A stretch of DNA of 12,611 nucleotides, taken from Tubiluchus corallicola. Taxonomy: Eukaryota; Animalia; Priapulida. Below, piece by piece: positions 10,230 through 12,611 of the stretch. The stretch lies in the NCBI GenBank assembly GCA_030141605.1, contig JAQGDQ010002155.1:1-12611 (forward strand), in the 5' to 3' direction. The notes under the pieces were generated by a model. It was not told the origin of the DNA and did not search any database. It saw only the letters and a list, made by a program, of their open reading frames with translations. How positions within the stretch are numbered: position 1 is the first letter of the stretch; each line of letters begins with the position of its first letter. The position numbers and the translations under genes are program-made.

Positions 10230-10568
10230 AATAAACCTTTTCACAGTTCCAGCGATTGTGGATGATAGTAAAAAGGTCAAAGGTTAAGTCTACCAGACAA
10301 TGCACTTGTGTACACTTGACAATGCCTCACAGCCCAAGCTGTTGTAACAGTAACAATTTTGTCAGCTAGCTAGAACCTTACCTGGTTCATTTCTTCTTGT
10401 TCCCAAGCAAGATCCTGCTAGTAAATCACTCTACGCACAGACTAACGCATAATTAAAGTCCACGTAAAATAACTGGCATGGCAGATGGCTTTGCTTTACC
10501 CACACGTCACGTGACGGTTGTAGTTAAGACGCGTTGCTGTGATACTCTTAACCTTTGATCTACAGCAA
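10230..10568 (-). mobile_element. Dispersed repeat copy A' (inverted relative to 3728-4094)
   Basis: Shared blocks include AGCTAGCTAGAACCTTA, TTCTTGTTCCCAAGCAA, GGCTTTGCTTTACCC and CCTTTTCACAGTTCCAGCGATTG. Confidence 0.75.
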
Positions 10569-11253
10569 ATTTGCCCTGTACAGCAAAACTGCGAAAATGT
10601 TAATTGTTTTGTTAATGAAAACACGATGAACAAGTCATATAATGCAAAACAACACATTCATTTCAAAACAACACATTTATTTCGAAATAAAGAAAAGATT
10701 GTTACACAGTGATGACAAAATTTAGAATTTCTAAATAAAAAAACTGACTTTTTTAAATCATTCAGTCAGTACTACTGCAGACCTAGGCCTACCAAAAACT
10801 TAATGCTTTGTGGTAGCATTCTTAGCATCCCCAAACATTTCTCACTCGCCAAAATCATTTCGAATTTCTAAATTAATTATGGCTGCATTTCATCAAATAT
10901 CTATCTCAGTGATGTCACCTCTCTTACATGGCAACATAAAAATATACATGGCAGAACACAGAAAGAAATCTACAACTATACAGAAATCAAATTGTGCAAT
11001 CTTGCACACTACACACAGCTACAAGCAAGAATACGAAATCAAGTTCAATTCACATTTTATTTATCAGTGAATGTCGAGAAGAGATAAACGAAAATGAACA
11101 CAGTCATATATATTACATGTATAATATAAAAAACAATCATCATAATTGCACAAATCAACTGTTTATTTTTGAAGGTGCAAAATAAGACTTAAGTCGTACA
11201 GATATGAGTTGATAACCAAATAAATTGATTGTAATTTTCTCGCACCAAGCACG

Positions 11254-11838
<585 letters not shown>

Positions 11839-12120
11839 GTTTCTGCAAATTGCACGCACATTGACGCAAACATGTCTACGCAAATATAGGCATTTGTTTT
11901 GCCAAAAATTTTGCTATTAACCGATTACGGGATATGAGGTTTGACAAACAGACTCATTATTGGGTAACTTGTACACTTAAAAACAACACATTATATTAAG
12001 CTAACAACATTCTATTAAGCTAATAATGGACCAAGGTAGATTTACATTGTGATAAACATTGGCAACCAATCCAATCCGACACCATCAACTACGGGGGGGG
12101 GGGGTACGTAACCATTTGCT

Positions 12121-12344
12121 AAGGAGGGAGAGAGAGGGGGAGAAGAGAGAGGAGGAAGAGAGAAGAAGAAGGAAGAGCGAGGAAGGAAGAGGAGGGGAAG
12201 AAAGAGAGGAAGAAGGAAAAGAGGGAGGAAGGAAAGAAGGGAGGGAGAAGGAAGAAGAAGAAGAAAAGGAGAGAAGAGAGAACGAGAGAAAGGGAGAGAG
12301 AGAAAAAGTGAGGGAGAGGGGGAGAGAGAGAAAGAGAGAGAGAG
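12121..12344. repeat. Polypurine (GA-rich) low-complexity tract, preceded by G12 at 12093-12104
   Basis: Direct reading. Confidence 0.9.
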
Positions 12345-12585
12345 CGTGCTTGGTGCGAGAAAATTACAATCAATTTATTTGGTTATCAACTCATATCTGT
12401 ACGACTTAAGTCTTATTTTGCACCTTCAAAAATAAACACTTGATTTGTGCAATTATGATGATTGTTTTGTATATTATACATGTAATATATATGACTGTGT
12501 TCATTTTCGTTTATCTCTTCTCGACATTCACTGATAAATAAAATGTGAATTGAACTTGATTTCGTATTCTTGCTTGTAGCTGTGT
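12275..12585 (-). repeat. Right arm of the 311-bp near-perfect inverted repeat
   Basis: Reverse complement of 11013-11323. Confidence 0.95.
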
Positions 12586-12611
12586 ACGTGCCGTTTTGTC
12601 ACTTATGGGTA

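Overview
AT-rich, repeat-dense eukaryotic (animal, probably invertebrate) genomic DNA. Nearly all ORFs in the supplied track are artefacts of simple or tandem repeats. The real coding signal, which the track misses, is four short GT-AG exons of a villin/advillin-family gene. Two exons encoding gelsolin repeat 6 lie on the MINUS strand (1841-1731, then 425-300). The two final headpiece exons lie on the PLUS strand (3499-3588, then 4571-4684 with the stop codon). Consecutive parts of a villin C-terminus therefore point away from each other, implying an intragenic inversion, a misassembly, interleaved paralogues or trans-splicing. The rest of the window holds (CAT)n and (CT)n tracts and 21-, 84- and 66/68-bp tandem arrays. 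It also holds a 125-bp duplication of the last splice acceptor, three Penelope-type minimal hammerhead motifs (two in inverted arms flanking the 66/68-bp array), three pairs of inverted repeats, and DNA-transposon and LINE remnants.
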